In this document: positions 51,180 to 64,000 of the stretch, one piece after another
Layout: each line of letters opens with the position of its first letter
How positions within the stretch are numbered: position 1 is the stretch's first letter
Assembly: GCA_049724395.1 (NCBI GenBank)
Contig: JAUGWO010000121.1
Coordinates: forward strand, 62,001 to 126,000
Source of the DNA: Spongospora subterranea f. sp. subterranea
Lineage: Eukaryota
Reading direction: 5' to 3'
DNA length: 64,000 nucleotides
Notes under the pieces: generated by a model
Database searches by the model: none
What the model was told of the DNA's origin: nothing
The model's input: the letters and a program-made list of their open reading frames with translations, nothing else
Position numbers and translations under genes: made by a program

Positions 51180-54174
51180 TTACCCAAATCTATCTGGTAT
51201 CGGCCACGAGCTTGGGTCAAATCTGCTTTCCTCTTGCATCGGCGACATACTTGGAAGGCGCATCGCGATCAGTTCGTCGACCTGTTTTCTAACAACAGAT
51301 AGGTGCCGCAACAGGCGTTTATGCTTGGATGCGTCCATATCTCGCTCGAGTTGCGCCATCCAGATGGATATTCTCTTCAAACCCTCGTTGTTCCCTGAAA
51401 TCAGTGTAGGGTCCATTAGCCTCTCCATCACTGCCAAGATTTTGCTTTTCACGTTCTCCGAATTGGTCATGACCCATCGTTTGCGTAAAATGACTAACGC
51501 CTCATCAAGAACGGGTTTCGCACATCGACATGAATGCACGAGTCGCTCAATATTCTCGACGTTGACAGGCGCATCGCTCCTTGTCATTTCATCGATCATC
51601 ACCAGCAGCTGTCGTGTATGAGTTATGAGATTCATGAGCGTTTCCGGACGGACCGCTCTTCTTCCTGTCTCTAAACGATCAGCTAATATGGTCTCAAAAT
51701 GTGCTCGTTCTTCAAGCGGCTGGATCCCTGAGCAGTCTCTTTCATATAATTAGATGTTGGGAGTAGACGGTGATATAAGTCCCCTACTGAATACATGCTG
51801 TAAGTGATATCATCTCGCGCTTCATTAATGGGAAAACTTTGATGGACTTCCCCAGCTTCTGACTTATGAATGAGATATAATAATATATCGGTCCTGGTGA
51901 TACGTTATCAGTATGGCTTGTGACCACGCCATGTACAACTTTTGCCATCCACTTATAAGGAATGAACAATACAGGGACCGATTGCTTAGCCGATTTCGCC
52001 TTCATTATCTTTTTCCTAGGCCAATGCGATCAGGATTGTTGCCCTAACAAACAGCATATCAAAAGTGACTCACAGATGGTAAAGCCTTCCTGCAACAGAA
52101 TCATCATCATCTTCTGCTTCGGCGGTGAGTTCGGTTCGAGGTTTGGGTGACCAAACCACACCCTGTACAGTTATGTTCATACGTCCTGATCCAGGAGGAC
52201 TCACCACGTTTGTCATCTCATCCCGTGTTGGGCCTCGTTCCAACGCTTGCATGCGGGTATTCCCAATCGGGTCGATTTCAATCCAAATAGGGTCAACCGT
52301 TGCGATCACGGTCGTTGGTAATACCGACCTATAACGCGACATCGAGTAGTCTAGCAATCTTGGCTGTGTTAAATCAACCTCATCCATTGCAGCAACATTC
52401 TGTGCGCTTTTTGGCTGCGACACCATCGATAAAACTCGGTTCAGTACAACATCATTGTCGTCATATTCTCCCATCAAAATGCCGTCTGGAAATGATGGCC
52501 TCCACCTGATATCATGTCAGGTCAATCGACCCCGTAATCATATTGCTGACTGTTGTGCGGCAAAGCGATTTCACTATCATCGAAGGAGGATATGCCGCCA
52601 TTGCATCTGCGATTGACTGATATCAGAGTCGATATCGAACCCCGTTCTGACAAACACTATTGCCAACCTCTCCAAATGGGGATCACGAATGCGGCTCGCT
52701 CAACCACACGCCCATTTGCTCCAGGATTGCACAATATCTGCACATGTTCAGCCAATGACAGATTCAGGCAACTTCGACTGGAGATCAGTTCTGCATTCGT
52801 CTTAATCAGGTGCAAATCTAGAACTCTTATATCGGAACACGTCTCAGAACCGATCATGATTCGGGTTAGTTTTTTTTCCACATCTCCCACGCTGGCGATC
52901 TGTATCAGGCCTTGAACCATCGCGTCGATCGATTTCCTCGATCCAACATTGCCGATGATACTGTCCATGAGTGTGGCAATATCGCCTAAAGAATGCTCAA
53001 CCAGTTGGGACTGTAGCACCATCCATGGCATCATCGCTGGACAAATTGTTAAGTATCTGAAAGGATCAAAAGGCGATGTGGCGTCTGACATCCAGAAAGA
53101 TCGACGATGTCGCGTATATTCATTCGTTCAAGGCAGTTAACAGCCGCAACAGACATTGATGGTTGATGCAGATAAACATGCCGGATCTGACCGATCAGAC
53201 ACCATCGAATTAATGATATTGGAACATTCTGTAAATCTCAATTTAGGCCTTTCGAGTTCCCGTGTCGAAGACAACCCCAGTTCTACATTAGGTGTTGACT
53301 GGTTCAGTACCTTGATAGGATAGGCTGATTGCATTGTGGCAATCAATTTAAATAGAGCATCCGATGCATCTGATATGATCTTGGCGAATAAGACCGTATA
53401 CACGATGTTGATATTAATGGGGGATTTGGAGCAGACTTCAAACAGCTGACAAAGGATAGAACAAAGGCAATAAATGTTCGATTTCGGTATGGAAAGAGCG
53501 AGAGAATTGAGCAGGTTACCTGGCCAGAACTGTATGGCGTCTCATACAGTAGATTATATAAACCAGATGACACGTCCATGGTGATAGAGCTTGAGTAAAC
53601 CCACTGCTTTAACAGATATTATCATGAACTGTACTCTCAACCTTTACAATTCCGTCAAAAAGGCGGACGGCATTTCCAAAATTACAAAAGAATATCACGA
53701 TAATATACTGCAAACACATTATACTCTTTGCAAATAACGAACAGCAACGAGAAAGGACATGAAAGGAACACGTGAGCTTGGATCAACTACAGAGTCTACC
53801 TATAGCGGTTCACGGGATACCAATAATACAAGTGGATTGCTACAAAGAGTGAAAAAAAATCACGTGTTTCGGGTTAGATAATGCAATTCTGAACTCTTGC
53901 CGATAACAGCATCAATCGCGGTGACCAATGACCGTGAAGATGGGTAAAACACTGAGTGCTTCTCCACCAGAATTACAAGAATTGACTCGCCTTCACCCTT
54001 TACAACAATCCTTCTTTGGGTAGTACCGTATTCTGTATTAAACAGGGTTGAGGTGGCAGTCGTGTATAAGCGTTGTCTATCTTGGCCCTTGTTGATGGAG
54101 GCGGATGGCGCTACGGCAGCCCTGGTTGAAAAGTCCGTGACCAACGGAATCCGCGTCCCGTCCCGTGACTGCAT
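51180..54174 (-). CDS. Large hypothetical protein (multi-exon, helical)
   Basis: Chain of minus-strand ORFs (53860-54174, 53343-53579, 53137-53403, 52657-53091, 52070-52477, 51784-52005, 51180-51635). No domain recognised. Confidence 0.5.
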
Positions 54175-54225
54175 TTCAGGGCGGTTGCTGTGAATTGCAT
54201 TGATTTGATTGGAGAGGGTGATAAG

Positions 54226-54719
54226 ATGGCAGTTGGACAGGTATCAGATGCAATGGACCGAATTCAACAACAGGTCCAGGCCCAGACTATACAAAGACTG
54301 TTTAATAACATGACCGATAAATGCTTTAACAAATGCGTCAAAAGCAATCCTGGTGATTCATTAACTAGTTCAAATCAGGTCAAATAACACGCGTTATAGA
54401 ATTTCTCAACGTCAAACTGGTTCGGTGTTTTTGTTTTATAGCCTTTAATTAAATATTCGGCTGTCAGTTTCAATTTATAGCGGAACGGGTCTGTTTTGGG
54501 GGATAATGACAAATTCGTCTTTTGTTGAATTATGTTGTGTTTATTAGCGATGCCTGTCTGATTGCGTTGATGAATATCTTGAGGCTTATAAGTCGTGTGG
54601 CGAGGCAGTTGCCGCCAAAGCTCAGGTATGAGGGTTTAGATCCTTACTTTACTGTTCGTCCCGCTCACATAAAATACATTGTTCAGAACCACAGCCATGA
54701 TGATGGAGATTCCTGGTAA
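54226..54719 (+). CDS. TIM13: Mitochondrial small Tim chaperone (twin CX3C, Tim13-like)
   Basis: QVQAQTIQRLFNNMTDKCFNKCVKSNPGDSLTSSNQ|RCLSDCVDEYLEAY|NHSHDDGDSW*. Confidence 0.85.
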
Positions 54720-55172
54720 TCCAATGACGTCAACACCTTACTTGTGAATTTAATATCAATACTGCATGAATGATAAACGGCATAAGATCAACAATCATCA
54801 TTGTTAAAAAACCAACATCATTTTTCAACAGTTTCGAACGATCAACAGAAAACTTACGGGTCATTGGTCACAATTGGCAAACACGAAACACCATCGCTAA
54901 GTTTTTGTGTGGTGTAAGGAGAAAGGATAGGGTAATACACTACTCCCTTAGCCGACTATAATAATCTGGTTGTGCACTGATGATATTGGCCACATCTAGA
55001 AATTATCACGACCAGTAATGGATGATCCGTTCGTCACTATCACAACCATTAACCTGGTGATTGAAACGTCCATCGATTTCGAATCTGCAAATTCAGGTCC
55101 GGTCCAATATTTATCCTCTGAGTTTTCTACGACGAACGGGACCTTTGAAAACCTTTACTTTGTTGACTATAT

Positions 55173-56982
55173 CTAAGATTTTAATTGCTTACTTCTTGAA
55201 CGACTATGAGTAAATCGATATTGCATGAGATAAACCGGTGTGCAATACGCAGGGGATAAGGCCAGGATGATTTCAGACCGATCGTTGTCATTCCCGGAAA
55301 CTCTCACACAATTATACCGCTCCGACCATGACTCTAACCGGTCCAATGGAATCTTCAATAATTCGTCGAAACCGCCGTCGAAATTCAAACATTTCGCTGT
55401 TTTCAAACAGCAAATTAGCGTCCTCCACTGTAGTTGCCGCGTCCTCTGATATCGTCAGCAATCCTTAGATTATTTTTTTGTTTCTCCAGAAAGGGCATCA
55501 AATTACCTGTCGTGGTGATTTACGAAACACATCATTGGCGATGGAAATTGTGTTGGAAAACACCAGACGATAATCTTGATCCTGTTTTGGATCGAATTAG
55601 AGAACCAGTGGTGACCGTTATCCGATTGTCACCTGAGATTGAAATCCATGATCGACTATATCAGCAAGAACATCAGGTTCAGCACTATGCAGCATGAACG
55701 AGAAGCTGACAAACCGACCATCAGTATCCTCGTAATGGGAATTCGCAGGGGTTGAATCAAAAAGAGTTCACCTTTCACTGTAGTTACTGAACTCGTTCAG
55801 GGGGAGAAAATCGGTCGATATCCCTTCTCTCATACGTGCCCAAACCTAACACATGTAATAATCTGTCAGTGAACCATTACTATATTGACCATATTCGGTA
55901 AAGCTTTGGTTAATGAACCAACGATCATATCGCATTTCAAATCAATTGTGAAAAAGTAAAATGAAGTTGAAAGCGATGAGATGTTGTGTGAATGGGTTTA
56001 TACAGAATGCCGTCTATATGTGAATATTTTGACTATATTCATTGCTAAATGACTATAACAGAAATACGATTCAGCCAATAATGACACTCAAAACAACAAT
56101 CCCATACTTTTTATATGGCTGTGCAGAATCAACGCCATGGGCGACTGCCAAGTCTAACAGGTCCTGACAGGCCACAAATTCGGGAGAGTTCGGGACGAGC
56201 TCTTTCAGCAACACCGCATCCGAACGGCGATGAGAAGGGGTCATTGAACAGGGAGGAACACATGAATAACGCATGAGCAATCTATCAAGGTGTGATACTG
56301 TATCAATGACAGATGGGATCATGATCTTGGACGATATCGGGTCGGGATCAGATGACGTCCTGTGCCTCAATGTCTTCTTGGTCGGACAACCTTTCGCTGG
56401 GCTCAACGGCGTGGAATCTGTCAAAGGCCCATAATGCGGTCGAGCAGGAGGTGTGGATTGCGCCATGGCAATTCCAGCCCAATGAGCTAGAGAACTTCGA
56501 GACTGATTAGTGTGTACAACCGGAGGAATATTAACTGAAGATGAGCTGTCAGCGGTTTGTGTAGCGATATTGGTAGATGGATGGCTAATTGGGACACCAG
56601 CACTTCTTATTGTTTGATGTTTTTGGTTGTCTTGATTTAGATGATCATTAATCAGTCGATCCAACCCAATGATGAAGGCATCATCATCATCATCATCATT
56701 GTCAAAATCTTTTGCTTTATCAGTGAGGGACGCCCCGATTTTGACACCTCCGATGGTGGAGAACCGGTCTGAGTATAGATTGTAAAACCCACTACCCAGA
56801 TCGACCTCGGCATCTGGTTTCAGTACTCGATCAAAAAACTGATCGAGTTTCTGATCTGGTTCCAGGTGCCGATGAGTGTGAATATTAGCGCCACGAGACC
56901 GATTCGGAGACGATGACGATGACGACGACGAAGACTCTGAAAACCATGGGAACCTAACCTGAGATCCAGGTTCGAGAGCCAT
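55173..56982 (-). CDS. Hypothetical protein with a low-complexity N-terminus and a possible degenerate PARP-like domain (multi-exon)
   Basis: 303-aa first exon ending LVPNSPEFVACQDLL. Downstream exons include FMLHSAEPDVLADIVDHGF and EIILALSPAYCTPVYLMQY. Confidence 0.5.
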
Positions 56983-57416
56983 GTCAGAGTCTTAAAGGTG
57001 TTGCCCTGCGGGAGATGGCAGATGGCAGACAGTACCGTAATAGTGGATTACGCCAGTCGTTATGACTTGACTGTCAATATCATGTTACACGTACCCAAGT
57101 CCCATGATCTATTGTGACTGAGATGGGGGATGGCTGCAGTCTCATACTGATATAGGAGTACAGTACATTGTACCGGTATTATTCGATTTGCTGCTTCTTC
57201 AGCTAACCATTGAGAATTTCAATGTGTTCGTGCTGAGATCAACGAAGCAAGTTCCCAGTTTAGATTGACCATTGGGGGCTTGGGTACAGTTGGGATGCCC
57301 GATCTTACAAATGCGTTCCTCCAACCATTGACATACTTGATGAATATCGCCTCTAATAGGTGAATAATGAGTCGAACCACCGGTATCGACATCTGCCTGA
57401 TTTTTTCATGTAATGT

Positions 57417-58025
57417 CATGCCGCCCGGGCCTCACAAATGCACCAGCCACTTTCCAACATTTCCTGAATGACATTTTCAGAGAATATCTGGACGATTACG
57501 TCGTTATTTATCTACACGACATTCTGATATGTTCCGAGTCACGACAAACCCATCGCGATCAAGTTCGCAAGGTGTTCCAGGTCCTGCGAGATTACTCCCT
57601 CTGCGCCAAACTAGAGACGTGCAATTCAGCGTTCACTCTACAGAATTCCTTGGCCACATAATCTCCCCAGCCGGCATCTTGATGGACAAATCCAAAGTGC
57701 GAGCGGATCTTGATTGGCCGGCTCCTTGTTCCGTCAAAGAAATCCAGTCTTTTTGGGTTCGCCAACTATTACCGTCGGGTCGTGGACAATTTCTCCAAGG
57801 TCACGCGCCCGCTCACCCGATTAACCAGCAAAGGCATTCGGTTTGAATGGAACGACGACACACGAAGCGCATTCGAGAAGCTGAAGGACGATTTCACCTC
57901 CGCTCCAATTCTCGTCACCCTGATCCATCCAAGCCGTTCATAGTGGAAACCGACGCATCTGGAATCGCTATCGGGGCGATTGTTTCACAACACGATCACC
58001 TGGGACGACTCCACCCTTTCTGTTT
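57417..58025 (+). mobile_element. Decayed Ty3/Gypsy pol fragment: RT C-terminal half to the start of RNase H
   Basis: GLTNAPATFQHFLNDIF, YLHDILI (degenerate YxDD), [33 protein letters not shown]. Several frameshifts. Confidence 0.93.
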
Positions 58026-59669
58026 CAATGAGCTGATAGATCAGTAGTATGGACAATAATCATTAACAAATAATTCTACTACAGCACATAGAGTCAATCG
58101 ATATGTATGTTGCAGAACGCCCTCCTTACCTATGTTTTCAAAACCGCATCAGTTCTAACGATTGAGGGTTGTTTTCAAAGTCTTTACATTGATCTTGAGA
58201 ACCGGATGTGGACAACACGTCAGTTCCATATGATCAACCATTGACCTTGAGTGGTGCTATAAGTTTTGACTGTTGTGGTATTTGTCAGAGCAAAGCCCCG
58301 TATTTATTTTATTGCCCAGTCTTCACTGTCTTGTTGAACATGATTTGTGGCTGTGGTTATTGACGATGATATATGTAGGTGTTCCTATGCTGCTGGTGCA
58401 GCACATATTTCGTGCCGAGGAATATGAGTTGAGTTCAATCTAATCCTTGATTGATTGTGTCCGGCAACTGCAGCATAGTATACGATCATGACCAGGATCA
58501 ATAGTGTAATGCAATACGAGATCACGATCTTACCGCCACATGCGTTATATCTGGTCCAATATTTCCTGATTGGATATGCAGTAATTGCCCTCCTTCAGGA
58601 TTATTCCAGCATTGATAAACTCCAAGGACTCGGAAATGATCATGCCAACCCTGATAGAACAGAGAACTCATTGGAATTCATTTATCGGTTATCGTAAAAC
58701 ATACGACCAAACAAAGATATCAGTTTGTTTACCTGAACGTCTGGTATAGCCAATCGCATACCTAAATCTGATGCGTCTGGACCAAAGGGTGGGAATAGTG
58801 ACTGGCCAGAGACCCTGACAATAACGCCCTTCTTCCCGAACTGTAAAACTACCAAACAATTGAGCTCATCAGGTATATAGTATCACTGCCCAAATCAGGC
58901 ATTGAAATTACATCTGATACGATTGGGACTTGAAGTGTTAATCTGACCTGTACAAGCCAGTTTTGTGGGTCGATTTGCGAAAAGTAAACCACGGAAGCCA
59001 GATGAAGCCGGTAAAAGAATAGCGACGAATATCACAGCTAAAGTGCATATGACAATAAATGGTTTGATAATCGACACCATCAAAACAATCGCTTCGATTG
59101 GCCAATAATCTCATAAAGAGACCGTTGAGTGGATCCCTAATGCCATCCGTCAGAGTATTGGCCAGGGTCATATGAATTGGTTGGCAGGCATTGACCATAT
59201 TCGAGAGGGCAATGAGAAACCGTCAGCTTCTGTGCTCTTTTATACTCAGGGCTTGTACCAGGTTCATGGATCGGGTAACCCATACCGAAATGGGCACCAG
59301 ACCATATCTGGCAAGCGAACAACTGTTTATAACCAAATGATTGTTTTGGTACAGACAAGAAAAGGAGGTCCGAGCTTGAAGAAAACGATGTGAACGGTAC
59401 TTGCCAAATAAAAATGACCAAGATTGCAATCTTGCATGATGATCAGCTTTAGTGTACACACACCTCTTTCCATATTTGCTACGATCAGCGACATCAAATG
59501 GATTTTGCACAATGTGTGGGCATGGCCAGGGTCAATGCGATAACTCCTGCCCTGCCAAACTGACATTGTCAGTTTCAATCAATCCACAGTCCGCATGAAA
59601 CTATTTGAAAGCGATAGCGAAACAGGCGTCGTCGAATGGGCGGTAATGGCAAGACAGGTCCAACTATTG

Positions 59670-61398
59670 TTAGGATCTCGCCGAATGGAAAGAGGCGAGT
59701 GAGGCAACCGCAGTAGGCAGTTACGGTCAGAGGGACCGTAACCAGCCCAATCAATCATATTGTAGCTTCCGCCGAAAATATCGTGAGTCCAGAATGGCTT
59801 TCACCTGGTAGTGGGGAGACATGGACGGGTCGGTGCTGACAAGAATAGGACCTGGTGGAGGCTTGTTGCGACCCAGAAAAGGGTTTGCCATGAATGGGAA
59901 GATCAGGGAGACATGGAATACCGGATGGACTCTTAACGACCCTGGAAGAAGGAGGTCAACTGCAGAGTCACCGATAAACCGACGGATGGGAAAGAAGCCA
60001 AGCCAGCGCGAAGCGAGTTTCTGGCAAGGTCGAGCCGTCCGAACATGGGCGGCGGAAAGCCAGACTCATTGACCGACGGCGTACGATGGAGGAGCGGAGC
60101 GGGAACGATCAGCGAAATTCTTGTACGTTGCCAGAGCAAATTTCAACTTCTGTCGTAGCCACTGATGTAAATCCTTGATGTTGGATATGTAGGATTCGGC
60201 GCGAAAAACTTGAGAGGTGGTGGGAACCGACGGGTCGACAACGTGGATGGTAGCCGTACAAGGTGAAGAAAGGGGAGACTTCAGGGCGGCATGGACGGGA
60301 ATTGTTGTAGGAAAACTCGGCTTGAGGGAGCAACGACATCCAATTGTCTTTGCGGTAATAAAAAAAACAGCGAAGGTATTGCTCCACGATCTGATTACAG
60401 CACTCCGCCTGACCATTACTCTGACAATGATAGCCCGAGGTCAGGGATACGTCCACATCGAGGAGTTTGAAAGTGCGTTTCCAGAATTTGATATTATCTA
60501 TTCGGGAAATCCGTGTAGGCGAATTACATGATTGAACAGAAGAACGGCCGTGGTTTCGGCAGTACGACGGCCAGAACAAGCCACGAAGTAGGCCATCTTT
60601 GTAAAACGGTCAACAATTGTAAGAATGCAGTCATTACCTTGGACAAGAGGAAGGTCCCTAATAAAATTGATGCGAACGGTCGATCGGGAATTGGTAATGG
60701 TTTCAGCAATCCTGCCGGTTGCTTTCGCCGCGGCAACAGTTCTCACAGGAGCTGATGAAGGACGCAACGGAGCTGTTGAGCTTGGGCCACCAGTTATATC
60801 GAACGATGAGGGCTGCGGTGCGGGGCCTGCCAAAATGACCACCGAGAGGGGAGTCGTGGCACCTCTGGAGTATGATTAGTCGTCGTAGTTGATCTGTATC
60901 AGGGACATAAATACGGTGACTGTAGAGGAGGAGGTTGCCGGCGAGTGCCATCTTGGTGCCGAGCAATTGGGAATTGGCGATGAAAGGCTTGGCGAAGTCG
61001 TCCTTCAACGTGGCAGTCCGGATGCGCTCGTAAAGCGAGAGATCGAGCTGGAATTGTGTAGAACAGACGAGCGAGGGAAAGTTATCTTCTGAAAACAGGG
61101 GCTCGACCTGAGATATCGGTGTCGGAGATGATCGTAAGTCGCTACGGCGGGATAGCGCATCAGCTTTGGTGTTATGATCTCCAAACTGGTAGTGAAATTG
61201 GAATTGAAAACGACTGAAGAATTGGGACCAGCGTGCTTGACGGTTCGATAAGGATTTCATAGTTAAGAAGTACTTGAGGCTCTTCTGATCGGTGTAGACT
61301 ACGAAACTATGTACTGCACCTTCAAGGAACTGCCGCCATTCTTGGAACGCTGACTTAATCGCGAGTTACTCTTTATTCCTGGGATCGTATTTTGATTA
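59670..61398 (-). mobile_element. Decayed Ty3/Gypsy (chromovirus) pol fragment: RNase H end, integrase and chromodomain
   Basis: EWRQFLEGA, YTDQKSL, NRQARWSQF, KADALSR, CHDSPLGGHFG, GLLKPLPIPDRP, VDRFTKMA, SGYHCQSNGQAE, HPVFHVSL, chromodomain YQVKAILDSR...DWAGYGPSDRN. Frameshifts and stops. Confidence 0.93.
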
Positions 61399-61823
61399 TG
61401 CGTCGACCAATATAGTAATAACGGGAGCAGAGGGTATCGTCTCAAAAATGAGCATTTGATAAAAAAGTGGTTTTGCCCAATAAACAGTCCGTGTCGGAGT
61501 CCGTGAACGATCGGCAAAGCTGGAATTGAGCAGGTTTGAATTTTGATTGTTCGATGGAGGTTGAGTCCAGAAGTGATGCAATGACATCCCCTCTAGCTGC
61601 TTATATCGATATAGATCAGACCCTTCCTGGATCATCTGATCATCCTCATCACCAGCTATTAGTCTCATCGTATGTATTAATGGCTATTCACTACATTATC
61701 CGTTACCTTTATCGACTATTACTCGTTACATCTCATCAACATTAATTCATATCGATCCCTTATGATATTATATCCTCAGTGTTTCTCGTTACCGGTTTGC
61801 ATGTTGTGTGTGTTACATTGCCG

Positions 61824-63239
61824 ATGTGTCTACAAGTAAACGATACCGACCCCATATACTGTGAAACACAACTGATCACTGACGATGATTATAGCCATGA
61901 TGGTGATTTACCTACAGTACGAAAGTTGCTAGACCAGGTCTTAACAGCACCTATTGACCTAGCTGCTCATGATCAACATGGCCGAACCGCATTAGGTACC
62001 ACGGTCATCAAAGGTGTAGTCATTGGTTCATTCTTATTGTGTAGCGCTTGCGTCGTGGTCTGGCCACTTGGATATCGTGCGTTTATTGCTGGAGCGTGGA
62101 GCATCATGGCATACACAAGATAATGAGGGATTGACTGCTGCGCAATGTACAATCTCATATTTTTCACTACGTATTCCCTAATCTATGATTTAGATGCGTT
62201 GCTGGAAGGGCATCAGCATGTCTATAATGAATTGCTCGAAGCAGGAATTCGAACTGAACTTGTGCTGAAAGCATTAGAAGGATCTGGCTCTATCAACTCA
62301 AATACCTATTTACGTTAGTATCTTTTAAAAGCCAATCTTATTGTTTCAGCACAATGCTTTTCAACGTTTATCGATGTCTTGACCGTTCAGCGTATTTTGT
62401 GTAACGGGTTATACAAATTTTTGCCGATTGCTGATCAGATTCGTTCATGTTCAGGGGGAGGGGCTCGATATACTGACGATACGTTAGTGGATGATGCTAA
62501 TAATGGTGTGATGATGTCGTGGGAGACTCCATTAATGCACGCCCACGCCCAGGCAATGCAATGTACAGGACGAGATGTACTCAATGTTGGTTTCGGTATG
62601 GGTATCGTCGACCTTGAAATACAGCGATTGCAGCCTCGAACTCACACCATCGGTACTCTTCTGCTTTGCAGTAATTGGTGGTTATTTATTCTGCTCTATT
62701 CTCAGTGGAGGCGCATCCTGATGTCTATGCTCGCATGCTCAGTATGGGTTGGGATCGTCTACCTGGCGTTCGTATATTGTTCGGTCGTTGGCAAGATGTA
62801 CTACCACAGCTAGAGACATACGACGCCATCATGTTCGACAGTATGCACTATATTTATCTGGCTGTATCTCAATCGTTTGTTCTGACTCATTTACCAGCAT
62901 TTGACGAAACCGACGCCCATTTATCGTCTTTCCATGATGCCCTTTTAGATCTCTTACGTCCTCATGGAGTTTACACGTTCTTCAACGGTCTTGCTGCCAC
63001 GAATTTCTTCTTTCATGGTACCGTATATGCTGTTATCATTTCTGATGTTGTTCGTATTTATTTTGCATTCAGATGTCTCTCGTGAAGTGACTCGTTTATG
63101 TCTCATGGAGTTGGGTCTTGATACCGTGTTCCACCCGATAAGCATTGACACATCTGCCGATGAGATCTGGTCCGGTGTTAAGGATCGGTATTGGGTGCTC
63201 AAAACATATTATCTCCCTGTTTGCACGTTTCAAAGATAA
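61824..63239 (+). CDS. RMT2: Protein arginine N-methyltransferase RMT2 (ankyrin-like N-terminus plus GAMT-like domain; multi-exon, start approximate)
   Basis: ELLEAGIRTELVL, GVMMSWETPLMHAHA, DVLNVGFGMGIVD, EAHPDV, GRWQDVLPQL, YTFFNGL, KDRYW..KTYYLPVC. Confidence 0.9.
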
Positions 63240-64000
63240 TATATTGCACTTACCGTGTCGTTAATCATTGTGCTCGTAAGTCTTCGTTCTAGCTGCCGCC
63301 TTTTTTACAGCAGCTATTCAAAAAACCGATCGAGAAGAATCAAATAGGTGTTTGTTGAAACAACCGGTTGGGCTGAGACTCGAACGCTCTAGGCTACGAC
63401 TTGAGCTTTTGAGGTAGCATTTATCGACTTTGCAATACCGGAAATAACCTTCAATCGATATCCCAATCTATATCAATAAAGGTTTCTCTGCCCATTACAC
63501 ACATTTTTGACGGTAGAAAGTCCAAATTCGGCAAATTATCTGGACGTGACCGATATTGTGATCAATGTTAAACCTCGCTGCGCCTACCGACGCTCAAATA
63601 AAATTGAATTTGAGGGTCATAGTATCACTAAGGTTGAATGCAGGAAACTTAATGGATTTTCAATACTTTCATTGTTTTGATCTTCTTTCAGATGTTTCGT
63701 AAGCGACACACAAATTGGAATATTTAAAAAAACCTCATGGCACTGCTGAATGAACAGAACAAACGCGATCGATTACAATTTCTGTGTTTTTTCAAAGTTG
63801 GTTTGAAATCAGTAATTCGACTTTAGGTCAAATCCGTTTACCAAAGAGGGTCTGGAACATATTTAGAGGCCACACAAATAGTAGAACTTGCCTCATTTTC
63901 TGCTGCTGTTGAAGACTCTTGGTAATCCACTAACAGATGAACTCGACGATGAGGGTTAATCTAATTTCGATGGTTGTGCCTTGGCCATTCCTACTTATGA

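Noticed and set aside
54379..54548. snoRNA in the unusually long 170-nt Tim13 intron
   Set aside because: No paired C/D boxes or convincing H/ACA structure was seen.
58090..59600. Secreted protein gene (MMVSIIKPFIVICTLAVIFVAILL...) or LTR between the Gypsy fragments
   Set aside because: A hydrophobic leader is visible, but the exon chain could not be resolved. No TG...CA direct repeats or polypurine tract were identified.
63260..64000. Partial gene at the right edge (and a 3' gene end at 1-290)
   Set aside because: Exon-like fragments are present but truncated and unidentifiable.

Overview
This is gene-dense eukaryotic nuclear DNA with many short (about 50-60 nt) GT-AG introns. An OFD1-like centriolar gene points to a flagellated microbial eukaryote, possibly a plasmodiophorid-like protist, but the taxon cannot be fixed from the sequence. 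About 27 mostly housekeeping genes are recognisable. Two of them (POLD4 and a C2H2 zinc-finger gene) are missing from the ORF track. The accessory DNA has four parts: (1) a complete 2630-bp PIF/Harbinger-superfamily transposon (39206-41835) with 17-bp TIRs, an AAT target-site duplication, an intact spliced DDE transposase, a convergent Myb/SANT-like gene and a perfect 64-bp palindrome, inserted 6 nt upstream of a PARG-like gene that lacks the catalytic motif; (2) a related element (about 8420-9960) rearranged into two fold-back inverted duplications, a candidate hairpin-RNA silencing locus; (3) a 145-bp tandem array (about 37755-39017) just upstream of POLD4; (4) a decayed Ty3/Gypsy chromovirus pol gene split into two oppositely oriented halves. 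Multi-exon gene boundaries are approximate unless stated.
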